From Azolla caroliniana (lineage: Eukaryota; Plantae; Polypodiophyta): a DNA stretch of 64,000 nucleotides. The stretch is taken from the NCBI GenBank assembly GCA_043228905.1, contig JBHGNT010000016.1, forward strand, positions 13,268,001 through 13,332,000, written 5' to 3'. Each line of letters begins with the position of its first letter. The first letter of the stretch is position 1. The position numbers and the translations under genes were made by a program. The notes beneath the pieces are model-generated. The model was given only the letters and a program-made list of their open reading frames with translations. It ran no database searches and had not been told where the DNA came from. Of the stretch, positions 48,801 to 62,039 are shown piece after piece.

Positions 48801-50261
48801 GTCGAATGTTTATCCTCAAGTCAAACGAGGTGAAATCGGTCATGTATGCAAAGGGCCTCAAATTTGACACCGACATAGAGCTATGGCATAAAAGAATCGG
48901 CCATATCAATCTCAACAAACTCAAGGCGATGCAATCGAAAGGAGTCGTCATTGGGCTCCCGACCTTCAAAGAAAAAGAGATTGAAGGAGTATGTGAAGCA
49001 TGCCGATTCGGCAAGCAACATCAACACTTGTTCCCGAAGGACATGAACGTGAGCAAAAGCCTATTGGATGTAGTCCACTCGAATGTGTCGGGACAGGCAC
49101 AGACGGGTACGTTTGGAGGATGTCGGTACTATGTTACCTTCATCGACGAATTCTCTAGATACACATGGATCTTTCCCATGAGGATGATGAGCAAAGTGTT
49201 TACACACTTCCAAAAATTCAAAAGTGAAGTCGAAAAGACAACTGGGCGCCATGTACGATGTCTTCGATCAGACGGAGGAAAGGAATACTTCTCCGATGCA
49301 TTCACGGCATACCTTCAAAAAAAAGGAATTCGGCAAGAACTCACTTGCCGACAGACACCGCATTAGAACGGTGTAGCCGAACGAAAGAATCGGCACATCC
49401 TCGAGGTAGCACGAGCCATGCTCAACGAGAAGCATATGCCTAAGTCATATTGGGTAGAAGCTGCAAATACCGATGTCTACCTCATGAACCGGTGCACAAC
49501 ATCTGGAGTACACGAGGTCACCTCGCACGAGAAATACCATGGGAAGAAGTCGAATCTGTCACATGTTCGGATATTCGGTTCCATTGCATATGTGCTCATC
49601 CCCGACGAGAAGTGGAAAAAGCTCGACCCGAAGTCAGAGAAATGTATCCTCGTAGGATACTCACTAGAGCAAAAGGGGTATAAGTGCTATAACCCCTCTA
49701 CTTGGAAGGTTCGTGTAAGCCAAGATGTAGTCTTTGACGAATCACCATCATGGTACGAACCCGAGCCGACTATGCTCGAATCATCTACCAACGACCTCGA
49801 CAACACAGACGATGATCAACTAAGGTCTATAATGGAGGAAAGTCCTATCTCAACTAGATTGAGCGGACTGCAAGAGCCTCCAAGCAATGAAAACACATGT
49901 TAGCGAAGTCCAAAGATGGACAAAGGGAAGACCAAAATGCTGTAATATGAAGACGACGGCAATGAATCGACTCACCCACTCGATAGTGAGTTCGATGGCT
50001 TTGATATGCCTCTTTTGAGGTCACCCAGAGTTAAGAAGGCACTTACATCGGTAAATGAAAACCTTCGTCGCTCCACCCGTGAGAAGAATCCTGTTAGCCG
50101 ATTCGGCTACAACGATGATATGGCATACCACTATTCCTTTATGATGAAGGTGGCATCAGTTCAAGAACCGGAGAGCTTTACCGAAGCTGCTAAAGATCTG
50201 TGATGGGTCAAAGCGATGAATGAGGAGATGCTAGCTCTCAGCAAAAACAAGACATGGGATC

Positions 50262-51008
50262 TGTTGGGAGACAAGTCCCTCCGGATGGGAAGGGAGAAGA
50301 ACAATGCCGACGAACAAACTCGACCTCGGCCGAAACGGTATGAGGAGTACCCGGCTACGGAGAGCCGGATGATACAGGCCCGGTATGAACCGGATGAGGA
50401 ATACCCGGCTACGGAGAGCCGGAAGGTGCAGGCCCGGTATGAACCGGATGAGGAGTACCCGGCTACGGAGAGCCGGATGTCGGATGAGGAGTACCTGGCT
50501 ACGGAGAGCCGGATGGTGCTGACCCGGTATGAACCGAAGGAAGAGACATATTCGTAAATATGTTTCTGAGAGCCCATTGTGGCTATATTTGTAAATAGCC
50601 GAAAAGTCATATTAGTATAAATATGACTTAGGGCAAAACTAATTATGTGGTTGTTGTTACTTTTCTTGTTGGTGCAAGAAGAAGAGAGAGCACGTAATAG
50701 TGTACAGAGAGAGAGAGAGAGAGAAAGAGATCGTTGCCTCTGTTGTAACCGCCGCCTGTGGCGAAGATCGTGAGCACGAGGTCGTTGCCTTTGTGAACTC
50801 ACTGTTTTGTACATTCCAAGTTAGTGATAGTTTGCAGCCTGTGGGCTGCCGTGGTTTTTCCCTCTTTGGGTTTTCCACGTAAACCTCCTGTGTAGTGTGT
50901 GTATATCTTCCTCTCCTTTGTGAAGTGTTTTACTTCCCATTTTCTGTGTATCATTCTACGCTCGGTTGTGGCCGAGCGTCGTGCATAAGGAACGTTAGGT
51001 CCCCGACA
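50262..51008 (+). mobile_element. Solo LTR of the element B family, inserted in the RT of element E
   Basis: TSD GGATC at 50257-50261 and 51009-51013. TGTTGGGAG...CCGACA ends and about 3.5 copies of the 54-bp unit. Confidence 0.95.
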
Positions 51009-52295
51009 GGATCTTGTCCCACACTCATCGCAGAAGAAGGCAATTAGCTACAAATGGATATACAAAGTGAAGTATAATGTCGACGGTTCCGTCAATAGCT
51101 ACAAAGCTTGACTCATAGAAAAGGGCTACGCACAAACACATGGAGTCGACAATGAAGAGACCTTTGCCCCAGTGGCAAAGATGATGACTATGTGGACCGT
51201 GATCGCACTTGTAGTGGCGAAAGGGTGGCCCCTCCACCAGATGGACGTCAAGAACACCTTTCTTCAAGTTGAATTAGAAGAGGAGGTGTACATGGTACAA
51301 CCACCTGACTTTGAATCCAACATTCATCCGAAAGACATCTGCTGACTCAAGAAGCCTCTCTACGGCTTTAAGCAAGAACCACGTGCTTGGCACTCGAAGA
51401 TAACACAATGTCTTCATTGAATTGGCTTTCGAATGTCAAAATCCGACAATTCTCTCTATGTAAGAAGTGATTTCGAAAGTCCCATTGTCATGATCCTGTA
51501 CGTGGATGGTCTGGTCATTGGACATCAACAAGGTCAAATCCCTCCCCTCCAACAAATTCGAGATGACGGACATGAAAGAGCTCCATTACCTCCTTGGGAT
51601 CGAGGTAATTCAGACTCCAGCCGTGATTATGATCTCCCAACGACACTACATTCTCAAGTTGTTATACAAGTTCGGGATGACTAAGTGCAAATATGTGGCA
51701 ACACCTCTCGACCGAAACCTCAAATTAGATGCCAGTTTTGGCACCACAGAGTGTGAGTCGACTTAGTATCCGTGTTGGCTTCTCATTAGGAGGGTGGACG
51801 CTCCACAGGGGGAATCTCCTGCTTGCTCGAGGACCGAAGATAGACTCATTGTATCCTTTGCACATCACACTCAGAGAGGGTGACCTGTTTCTGGTTGACA
51901 TCCCCATGCCATAGTGATGGCATGGATGACTCGGACACCTCAGCAAGGCCGATATCACACACTTATCTAGAGCCGGATACATCCCCAAACTCTCCTTCTC
52001 GGATCATCAGTTCTGCGAGCATTGACAATACGGCAAACAAACAGCTGCGACACACCCGTCATCTGCCCCAAGAGAATCGAGTCCTCTCGACTTGGCCCAC
52101 TCAGACGTCTGTGGTCCTATGCCATATCAGTCTCTTGGCAGTGCTTTGTATTTTGTTAGCTTCATTGACGACTCAACTTGGAAGATGTGGGCTTATCCGA
52201 TCAAAACCAAAGATTGAGTGTTCTCGATCTTCTTTGATTAGCTCGCTATGGTTGAGAACCAGTTCGGCAGAAAACTGAAATGCTTTCGGACCGAT

Positions 52296-55200
52296 TATTG
52301 AGTGACAAGCTCAACATTGGGTGCGTAACACGGTACGTAACCCAGTGCGTAGATTGGGTGCGTAAAACATTACGCATAGTGTGGCCGTATCGGTGCGTAA
52401 ATGAAAGGCCGTTAGTATGGTATTCCTCGTAAGGAATAATTTTGGGAGTTAGTGTAGTAGGCTCATTTATGAGCAGTCAAGTACGATCAGTACTTGTGTT
52501 AGCCTGATTGTCAGGGCTTGTATAAAAGATGCTCACCGAGCACGAAGTATGTACAGAGTGTCATTATTTTGAAACAAAACTGAGTTGTCTGCTCTATCTG
52601 TTTCTCCACCTCCTCCATCTCCATCTCTGCGTTTTTTTGTGTGTTTTACCGAACTGTGTACTCTGTGTTTCACATACGCTTCCGCACACGTATTCTTTCA
52701 CATGGTATCAGAGCGCGAGGGTTGAAGTCCTCTGTAGCCGACAGAAAATCTTGCGACAAAGACAGAGTTGAGTTGTTCTTTTTGTATTCGGAAAAGATAA
52801 GACAGTGACATGGACAAAGGAATGGGAAGCTTGGTACCGACTGAGAAGCTCGATAAGAGAAACTATGCATCTTGGTCGTACAAGATGCACAAGTACCTGC
52901 TTGGTCATGGCTACTAGAGTTATGTCGAAGGAGCTAATGATACAACACCCGAATTGACACACAGGGATTTTTTGGCTTGGAAACGAGCGGCAAGCAGAGT
53001 TCTCTACTACTTTGCGTCTTGTGTGAGCGACCAACTATTGAGCTATATTCAGGATGCTAAGATGCCAAAGGACGTGTGGGCGAATCTCAAGAAGATTTTA
53101 GTTGCTACCACAATGGCCAGGAAGCTGTAGCTCAGACAGGAGCTCAACAATGTCCAGCAGAAAGATCTGTTTGTGGCCGATTACACAACTAGAATCAAGG
53201 AAATCAGCGATTCTCTCGCCTCCGTCAACGTGAACATTGAGGAAGATGAAATGGTGCAGGTTTGTCTTGGTGGGATAGCATCAAAGTTCGGAGCATTCCG
53301 AACGGCCGTCTGTATGAGGCAGAATAAGCCTTCGTTCTTTGAGCTTCAGTCAATGTTGCTCGTGGAGGAAAATCACATGGGTGCATTGACGAGCACACAC
53401 GTCGACGGCAAGCTGTTGTACATGGAGGACGATAGGCCCTTGTGGTTGTGGCGGACAAGGCGGATCGGCGTGTAATGGAGGTGGCCGAAAAGAGTAGAAT
53501 GGACGGCATAATTGAAATGCAAGAAGCAATTTCGAATCCTCCGGAAATAGGGGGAGTCATGGTAGCGCCGGAAGCCGGCAAGAGAAGGTCGTGACGGAAT
53601 GCTGGTACTGTGGCAAGAAGGGCCACGGAGAGAGCGAGTGTTGGAAGAAATAAGCCAATTCGGACAAAACTGGATCGAGCGGAAGAGACACAGGAAGGCG
53701 TCAAAAGTCGCACTACGCTGAGGGCTCCGAACGAGCTAGAAATGGATCGGGCCTTGCCTTCGTAATGAAGCACAAGGCCAATATGATGGCTGTGAACACC
53801 TCGAAATCGAGCGAGGTGTGGTATGTCGATTCCAAAGCGTCAAATCATATGACGAGTCATGAGGAATGGTTCTCGTACTTGGAGAAGTCGGAAAAGCAAG
53901 GAGTGGTCGAAACCGGAGAAGACACTTCACATACCCTTGAACATGTCGGTGAAGTTCCCCTCAGCCACGTCGGGCAGAAAGGGAATCTCATGAATGTGTT
54001 GCACGTCCTGACAATAACCAAGAACCTGTGTCGGTCGGATAGATCGTTGACCAAGGCATGCAAGTTCGATTCACACACCTCGGCTACTTCATAGAAGAGG
54101 AAGGCAAAGTAATCGCGCAAGGGCGTCATGAAGGGAGGATGTTCATCCTTGACACTAATCAAGCCGGAACAAAGCTATTCGCGAAAGGACAGAAGGTCGA
54201 ATTGGATATTGACCTGTGGCATAAGAGGTTGAACCATATTAATTTCTCGCGGCTTCGTGAAATGCAAACGAAGAACATTGTTTTCGGCTTGCCAAAATTT
54301 CGAGGCCAGAATGGCCAAGTCTGCGAAGCCTGCCAGATGGGAAAACAACACCAACTTCCATTCCCCAACCAGCGTAATTGTAGTCAAAATCCGCTCGATT
54401 TGATCCATTCAGATGTGTGGGGACCGGCACAGAACATGAGTCTCAGTGGAAGCCGTTACTTCGTAACCTTCATTGACGACTTCACTTGACACATGTGGGC
54501 ATGCACGATCGCGAAGAAGAGCGAAGTTTTTGCGTGTTTCCTGAAGGTGAAGAGCCTTACTGAAAGGGAAACTAGGCGTAAGATCAAATGCCTACGGTCC
54601 GATGGCGGGACGGAGTACTTCTCCAACTGGTTCACAAGTTATTAACAAAAGGAGGGAATTCGACGGGAATTCTTGTGTAGATATATGGTAGAGCAGAACG
54701 ACGTGGCCGAGCGGAAGAATCAGACAATCAAAGAAGCGGCCAATGCAATGCTCGAAGAGAAGCATATGCCAAAATTTTTTTGGGCCGAAGCCATGAGGAC
54801 AACCATCTACTTGCAAAATCGGACTTCTGCTAATGGAGGAGTGTCGCCACATGAGCTGTATTTCGGAAAGAAGCCGAACTTGGCACACTTGGGGATTTTC
54901 AGCAGCATTGCGTATGTACATGTGCTGAACGAGAAGAGGAGGAAGCTGGATGCCAAAGCCAAGAAGTGTATCTTGGTCGGATATTCATACGAGCAGAAGG
55001 GGTATAAGTGCTATAACCCCCGCATGAAGGAAGTCCGCGTAAGTCAAGACGTCGTGTTCGATGAGTCCGCTTCATGGTACTTGCCCTCACCTCCAACACC
55101 TCTCGACTCCATTCCGAATTCTGAAGAAGAGGTCAGCGAGGCCGAGATTCCTTTGCGTGATGAAGAAATCGGAGCTCTGGAGGAGAATCCGATCTCATTT

Positions 55201-57989
55201 CGGCTAAGTGGGCCGAATGAGGGGTTAGGTTGAGGTGGCCAACCTATTGAAGAGACGGTGAGTAGTGGAGACTCGACCATATTATACTCGCGTAAAGAAC
55301 TAAGGAGACGGTTTCCGCACTAGGAGAAGGGGAAGAAAAAGATGTTAGAGTATGATTTCGATAGTGCCGAATCAGATCGGAGTGTATTTGACTTCGAGCC
55401 AATCGAGAAAGAACCTCCGCGAAAGAGGTCGAAATTGGCCGAAAAGGCTGTGAAATCGGGTAATCACAAATTACGCCGAGCTACCTGCCAGAAGAACCCC
55501 ATAAAGAGATGCGAGTATAATGAGTACATGGCGCACCATTATGCGTACATGACGCGAGTGGTGGAAGTGTGTGAGCCGGAGAGCTACGTCGAAGCGGCAA
55601 AAGACGCAAATTGGCGTGCCGCAATGGAGGAAGAGATGCGTGCTTTAACCGACAATAAGACTTGGGACGTAGTTGACGCACCGAAGGGTGTAAAGACGAT
55701 TAGATGTAGGTGGGTATACAAGGTCAAGTACAATACCAACAACTCTGTCAACCGCTACAAGGCCCGATTAGTTGCGAAAGTCTATGTGTAGAAGCACCAC
55801 GTGGATTACGATGAGACCTTCACGTCTGTCGCTAAGATGACTACTGTGCACGTTTTGCTCGCCGTAGCGGCAACAAAAGGGTGGCACTTAGATCAAATGG
55901 ATGTAAAGAATGCGTTCCTGTAGGGTGATCTTGAGGAACAAGTGTACATGGTACAACACCCTGGATTTCTATCCGAACAAAACACTTTGACAGTTTGCCG
56001 ACTGAAGAAGTCACTCTATGGAATTAAGCAAGCCCCGTGAGCCTGGAATGCAAAGATTACGCAACGGTTGCGTAAGATGGGGTTTACGACATCGAAATCA
56101 GACTCTTCACTATTTGTTCAGCAAAGTCAACATGGACCGGTTAGCCTTCTACTATATGTTGATGATTTAGTCATCGCCGGTGCCGACCTGGACGAAATCT
56201 GCCGTGTAAAGTCTCAACTTGTGGCATCATTCAAAATGAAGGATCTTGGAGACCTTCATTACTTCCTCGGGATCGAAGTGATCCGCGCCCCTGAAGGCAT
56301 ATTAGTCAGCCAGCGTCATTACGCGCTAAATATGCTCTTCAACTTCGGGATGGCAAACTGTAAGCCCATCTCAACCCCTCTGGATAGAAATGTAAAGCTT
56401 CGCCAAGATTTGGGAAAGGCGTGCGACCGAACACAGTTCCGACAGATTGTCGAAAGCCTCATTTACTTGACGATTATTAGACTGGATCTCAGTTACCCAG
56501 TCGGCTTGATTAGTCAATTTATGTTGCAGCCTACGGCCGAACACTTTTAGTGCGCGCAACGGATATTGCGATATGTCAGCGGCACGAAAGACATGGCGTT
56601 GTTGTATCGGGCAGGTGTAGCCGAACAGTTAGTTGGCTACACAGATGCCGATTGGGCCAGAAACGCCAGTGATCGTAGATCCACATCCGGATAGGCCTTC
56701 TCATTAGGAAGTGTGGCTATCTCATGGAGCAGTAAGAAGCAGCCGACAGTAGCACTGTCGAGCACGGAGGGCGAATATCGAGGGGTGGTGTCTTATCTGA
56801 CGATGATATATTGCGACAACCTCAGTAGTATCCACCTTGGAAAAAACCCCGTATTGCACGCCTAGACCAAGCACATTGAGGTGCACTACCATTTTGTCCG
56901 TAAGCGGGTCCTTTCTGGTGTAGTCGAACTAGCGTATGTTCCAACGGGTCGGTAGATTTCTGACACTTTCACCAAACCTCTTGGTCTCGACAAGTTGCGG
57001 CATTTCTCGGGTGAGCTGGGGTTGTGTCACCTCGACAAGCCGAACTTGAGGGGGAGACAAGAACAAGAAAGTGAAAGGAGCAAAGGTGATTATCGCGGCG
57101 GAAGTGACCGTGATGCAACATCGAATGAAGAATTCGATTTCGGGCCGGCTGAAGAAGCCGAAGAAGAGAGCAAGGGCCGTAATCGTAGGGAAGTGCCGAG
57201 GATAGCCGAATCACGGGGGGTAAGATGTGGTCTGACATTGTCAAAGGCCTAAAGATTGAAGACAAATTGGAGACAACCAATTTAGATGTAAGTAGAATTG
57301 AATCGGAAGAGACCGATTCAATCGAAATGTTCGATTAAGATATTACGAATCGACTGAGGGCCAAGTGGAGGAAAGGGCAGCGGAAGAGGTGCCAACACCG
57401 CAACAACAAGGAAGCTGAGAAGGGCCACATGAGCAGACAAGCCAACTGGAAGGGTTGAAGAGTGCGGAATCGAACAGGTCAAGGAGTGCGAGCAAGGCGT
57501 GAAGCCAGGAGAAGCCGGAGCGAAGACTCAGAGGAGGATGAGGAACTTCAAGTTGAGCTTGAGGGGGAGTGTTGAGTGACAGGCTGAACATTGGGCGTGT
57601 AATACGGTACGTAACCCAGTGCGTAGACTGGGTGCATAAAACAATACGCATAGTGTGGCCGTATCGGTGTGTAAACCGAAAGGCCGTTAGTATGGTATTC
57701 CTCGTAAGGAATAATTTCGGGAGTTAGTGTAGTAGGCTCATTTATGAGTAGTCAAGTACGGTCAGTACTTGTGTCAGCCTATTTGTTAGGGCTTGTATAA
57801 AAGGTGCTCCCTGAGCACGAAGTATGTATAGAGTGTCATTATTTTGATACAAAACTGAGTTGTCTACTCTATCTGTCTCTCCATCTCCATCTCCATCTTT
57901 GCGTTTTTTTCTTTGTTTTACCGAACTGTCGTTCTCTGAACTGTGTACTCTGTGTTTCACATACGCTTCTGTACACATATTATTTCATA
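52296..57989 (+). mobile_element. Full-length degenerate Ty1/copia element H
   Basis: Near-TSD CCGAT/CCAAT at 52291-52295 and 57990-57994. LTRs at 52296-52702 and 57570-57989. PBS at 52703-52714 and PPT at 57560-57569. The gag-pol has many stops. Confidence 0.92.
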
Positions 57990-59893
57990 CCAATAATGGG
58001 GGAGAATTCAAATAACAGGAATTCATCAAATTTTGTCGACAACGTGGCATAAGATGTGAATTTACGGCACCCCATAGTCCGGAGGATAATGGAATTGCCG
58101 AGGGGATGAATTGGACAATTCAGGAAAGGATAGTGTCCATGCTCCAACACTCCAGACGTCGGATGGCTTTTGGGTAGAGGCCCTACTTATGACAGTACAC
58201 ATAATCAATATGTCGTCGAGTAGGCCTCTAGGACTTTGGATCCCTCAGGAATTATGGACCGGTAGTAAGACGAATTACGACAAGCTGAGGATTTTCGAAT
58301 GCGATGCGTACTCCCTTATCCTGAAAGATGATCACCGCAAACTTGCACCAAGGTCTAGGAAATGTATTTTCCTCGGTTATGGACCAGATGGCAAAATGGG
58401 ATACTAACTCTGGGACCCCGAACACAGACAGATCGTCTGAAGTTCGGACGTCGTGTTCAATGAGTCGACCATGCATCAATCGGTCGAAAAACTGATCGAA
58501 GTCCGAAGGGTAATTTTCTCCGATGTGCCAACCCTTCACAAAGGCCCATCCCACAACACGTGGTCAGCTTCACATGTGGCTGAACCCTCTAACACCAACT
58601 TGACAATGTCCGCCTCAACACAACCGAATGACTCGGCTTTGGACCATCCGGCCATGACACCTGATTTGACTAGTCCAATCATACCTTGACAATCCGAGAG
58701 ACTGTCACAACCCCCGGAGGGGTACTCTCTTGGTATATTCTATACAGACGTCGGAGAACCGACATCATACGAAGAAGCATCGGTGTCAGTTGACTCGGCC
58801 ACTTGGCATCTGGCAATGGAGTTCGAAATGAATTCAATTTGTGCAAACAACACTTGGAACTTGGTCGAATTACTGAAGAATCGACATGCTCTTCCGTGCA
58901 AATGGGTCCATCGAATTAAGGAGACGTTCGATTCGGCCACCCTAAAATTTAAGGCCAGATTAGTACGAAAGGGTTCTCAACAGGAATACAACATCGACTT
59001 CGACAAAATCTTTTCACCAGCGGTAAAAATGACAACCCTTCGATGTATGCTCAACATAGTGACAATTGAGAATTTGGAGTTGATTCAGCTAGATGTCAAA
59101 ACGACTTTCCTCAATGTTGATCTTGAGGAGGAAATTTATATGAAGCAGTCGAAAGGCTTCGTGATATCCGGCCAAGAACATCTAGTCTGCCAACTCAGGA
59201 AGAGTCTCTATAGCCTGAAACAAGCATCGCAACAGTGGTACAAGAAGTTCGACGACTTCATCTAATTGATCGACTTCTTAAAGAGTGATGAGGACCATTG
59301 TCTCTTCACGAAAACAACTCGGGATGGATCACCCATCTTCCTCATCATCTACATGGACGCATTGCGCATGTCCGGTCGCCATGCCGGAGAACTCGCCGAA
59401 CTTATTCGGCAATAGTGGTTGAAGTTTGCCATGAAGGACCTTGGTCCGGCACGACACATTCTTGGTATGAAAATAAGTCGAAATCGAAATCAAAGACAAT
59501 TGTTTCTGTCTCAATCCGACTACATTGGACGTGTCCTAGAATGCGCGTCAACATGCAATCGGCCAAATCTGCTTCAACCGCACTCCCAATTAGTACTTGA
59601 CTGTCTCAGCAAGACTGCCCCACATCTGGTCCAGGGGGGTAAATTATGAAGTCGGTCCCATATGCGCCGACAGTTGGCTCCCTGATGTACGTGATGATCG
59701 TGACACGGCCTCACATCGCTCACGCCGTCAGAATTGTCAACAAATTTATGTACAATCCTGGCCGATCGCATTGGAATGCAGTCAAGCATGTGTTCAGATA
59801 TCTGGTGGGCACAAAAGACCTTGGTATTCTATTTGGCCCGAGCAACACCTCAGGCGTAGTCGGATATACCGACTCAGACTTTGTAGGTTGCAT

Positions 59894-60651
59894 TGTCGAG
59901 AAAATCCTTGCGGATGCGTGGAAGTTGGGCAGGACCAAGGGGGCTTGAACCAAGGAATCAAAAAGTGAGGAGGAAGAGTCTGTGGCTTACGTAAGCCTTG
60001 AGACCGCAGTTAAATGGAGAAGGTTAGTGAAATGAGAGAGAGAGTGTAAGAGGATCGCGTGTTGACACAGGCGCAAACAGAGATGTTGAGAACAACTTGA
60101 GCTGTGGGGAATAAGTTTCTATTAATCAAAACATGTGCGTAGCGCTGTGGGGAATTACAACCGGATCAGTGCCGGTGATAGAGCGTAGAGCTCTAGAGTA
60201 GTTAGATGCAAAGGTACGTAGGCACACAGAAGGTCGATCCCCCGGTCGGGAGCACTCGGTTATCTAACGCGAGTAGGGGAAGTGCCTTTTGGTGATACCT
60301 CGTAGAACTCCTCATCCCTTCTGCTGGTTGTTTCTCTTCTCCTCTCTACTTCACATCCCCCAAAATAGTCAAAGGTCACCCGTTTTATAGCACAAGGAGC
60401 GACCATTACAGAGCATTCCTAACCTGTCACTTTCCCTTCCTAGATTCTCCCCCCCTGATTCGCTCTCCTCGTAACTCTCCCTACTTACGTGATGTCTGAA
60501 TCCCTATTAATCCTTTAACTACCTAGTACACCTTCTTCTACCTATGCCCAACACTTACACTATTTAAGTCACTAGGGGTGAGCACTCGTGCACCCTAGTG
60601 GTTCTGAGCATTTCACATTGTTTCCACCTATGGCCCAGAATCTTCACGACA
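59894..60651 (-). mobile_element. Solo LTR with apparent 4-bp TSD, inserted in RNase H of element F
   Basis: TGTCGAGAA...TTCACGACA termini with flanks GCAT/GCGT. Removal restores DFVGCVDSRK. Confidence 0.8.
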
Positions 60652-62039
60652 GCGTAGACAGCCGTAAATTGACAACTGGATATTGTTTTAAACTTGACAA
60701 TGGAGCAATCTCATGGAAATCGAAACTTCAGGAGTGCACTGCCACATCAACGATTGAGGCTGAATATGTAGCGGTGTCCGATGCGGTGAAAGAGGCCTTA
60801 TGGCTCGATCGGTTGGCCTACATGTTTTGACAAGCCGAAATTGGCTCGGCTCCAATTCCTTACAGTGACACTCAGGATGTTGCTGCTCTATTGAAAAATC
60901 CAGTTCATCACAATGCCTCCAAGCATATCGATGTTCGATATCATTTTGTTCGGGAGTGTGTCACTTCAGGGAAAATCGTCCTTGAGAAGGTACCTACAGC
61001 CGATAATGTTGCGGATGGATTGACCAAGGGTCTCTCGGCGGATCGATTTTCGATCCCATCGCCATCATATGGGCGTAATGAAGAATCGGTCTGATTAAAT
61101 CGATCACTCAGGATGTTTCTCAGACAATAAAGCTGGATAGTTCGAACTTCGGCTTCAGTCTCTCCGAACTCAGCCAATCCGGCCTTCTATTCTTCGAAGT
61201 TCACTGCCTCGAAAGAATTCTTGATTATTCGGAAACCTTGTATCAATCTATATTGTACATTCATTTCGGTTTACAGATTTAAGATGTATACGCCCATTAT
61301 GGGGGAGTGTTGAATACGGGTTTCTAATGGACGTATTGACACTGTCTCCTTTGTACACACTAGGCTTAGGCTATTTATGTAAATAGTGAGAAGGGGAGTT
61401 GCCCTAAGTCAGTCAATATATAAACTAACTTTGTAACCTAGTTATGTGGTTGTTAGCTTAAGTTGCAATATACTCTTGACATTGTGCCTAACTCTCTCTC
61501 TCTCTCTCTCTCTCTCTTTGATGTACTCTTTGTGTTTCTGGTTTTTCTGCCTATGTTGCCATCAAAACTATGATCTTGCATCTATTCTTGATCTTCTCCT
61601 AGAAGAGTGTTGATCTTGTTCCGCATTAGATGCCGGCTTTCCCAACAACCATAATAGCTAAATAGTTTCCCCACTTTATACGACTTAGCTAATCAGCAAA
61701 GATGTAACAAATTAGCTACACTATGGACACAAGCATCAATTTTACTTGTCAATTTTCTCCACTCATTAGGGAGAGCTGTATTGCAATCCCCCAAACAGAA
61801 TGCAGCAATGTGACAAGCATATTGAAAACAAATGATATGGTATGTGTGATGGCATGGTTGTAGGTGAACCACTAGAGTAGTAGTTTTGTCCTCTACACGT
61901 AATCTGCAAGCGTTGTAATGTGCTTGAACAATCAATATATCGTTTCTTGGTTCTCCTTCATTTGGTAAGGGACCAAGAATGTTCAGGTCCAAATCTTGCC
62001 TACTCCTTACCATCCCCTCCACAAAATGTAGTTGCTTCT

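Larger units (their letters stand above)
39708..51768 (+). mobile_element. Ty1/copia element E (C1-related), 5' LTR split by a LINE, 3' end missing
   Basis: LTR halves at 39708 to about 39896 and about 47116-47331. PBS TGGTATCAGAGC at 47332-47343. Degenerate gag-pol at 47490-51764. Confidence 0.88.
51769..61647 (+). mobile_element. Ty1/copia element F (Tnt1-like), 5' part missing; hosts element H and a solo LTR
   Basis: Integrase ...KCFRTD|NGGEF... reads across H. RT/RNase H at 58780-61060, PPT GGGGGAG at 61301-61307 and 3' LTR at 61308-61647. Confidence 0.87.
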
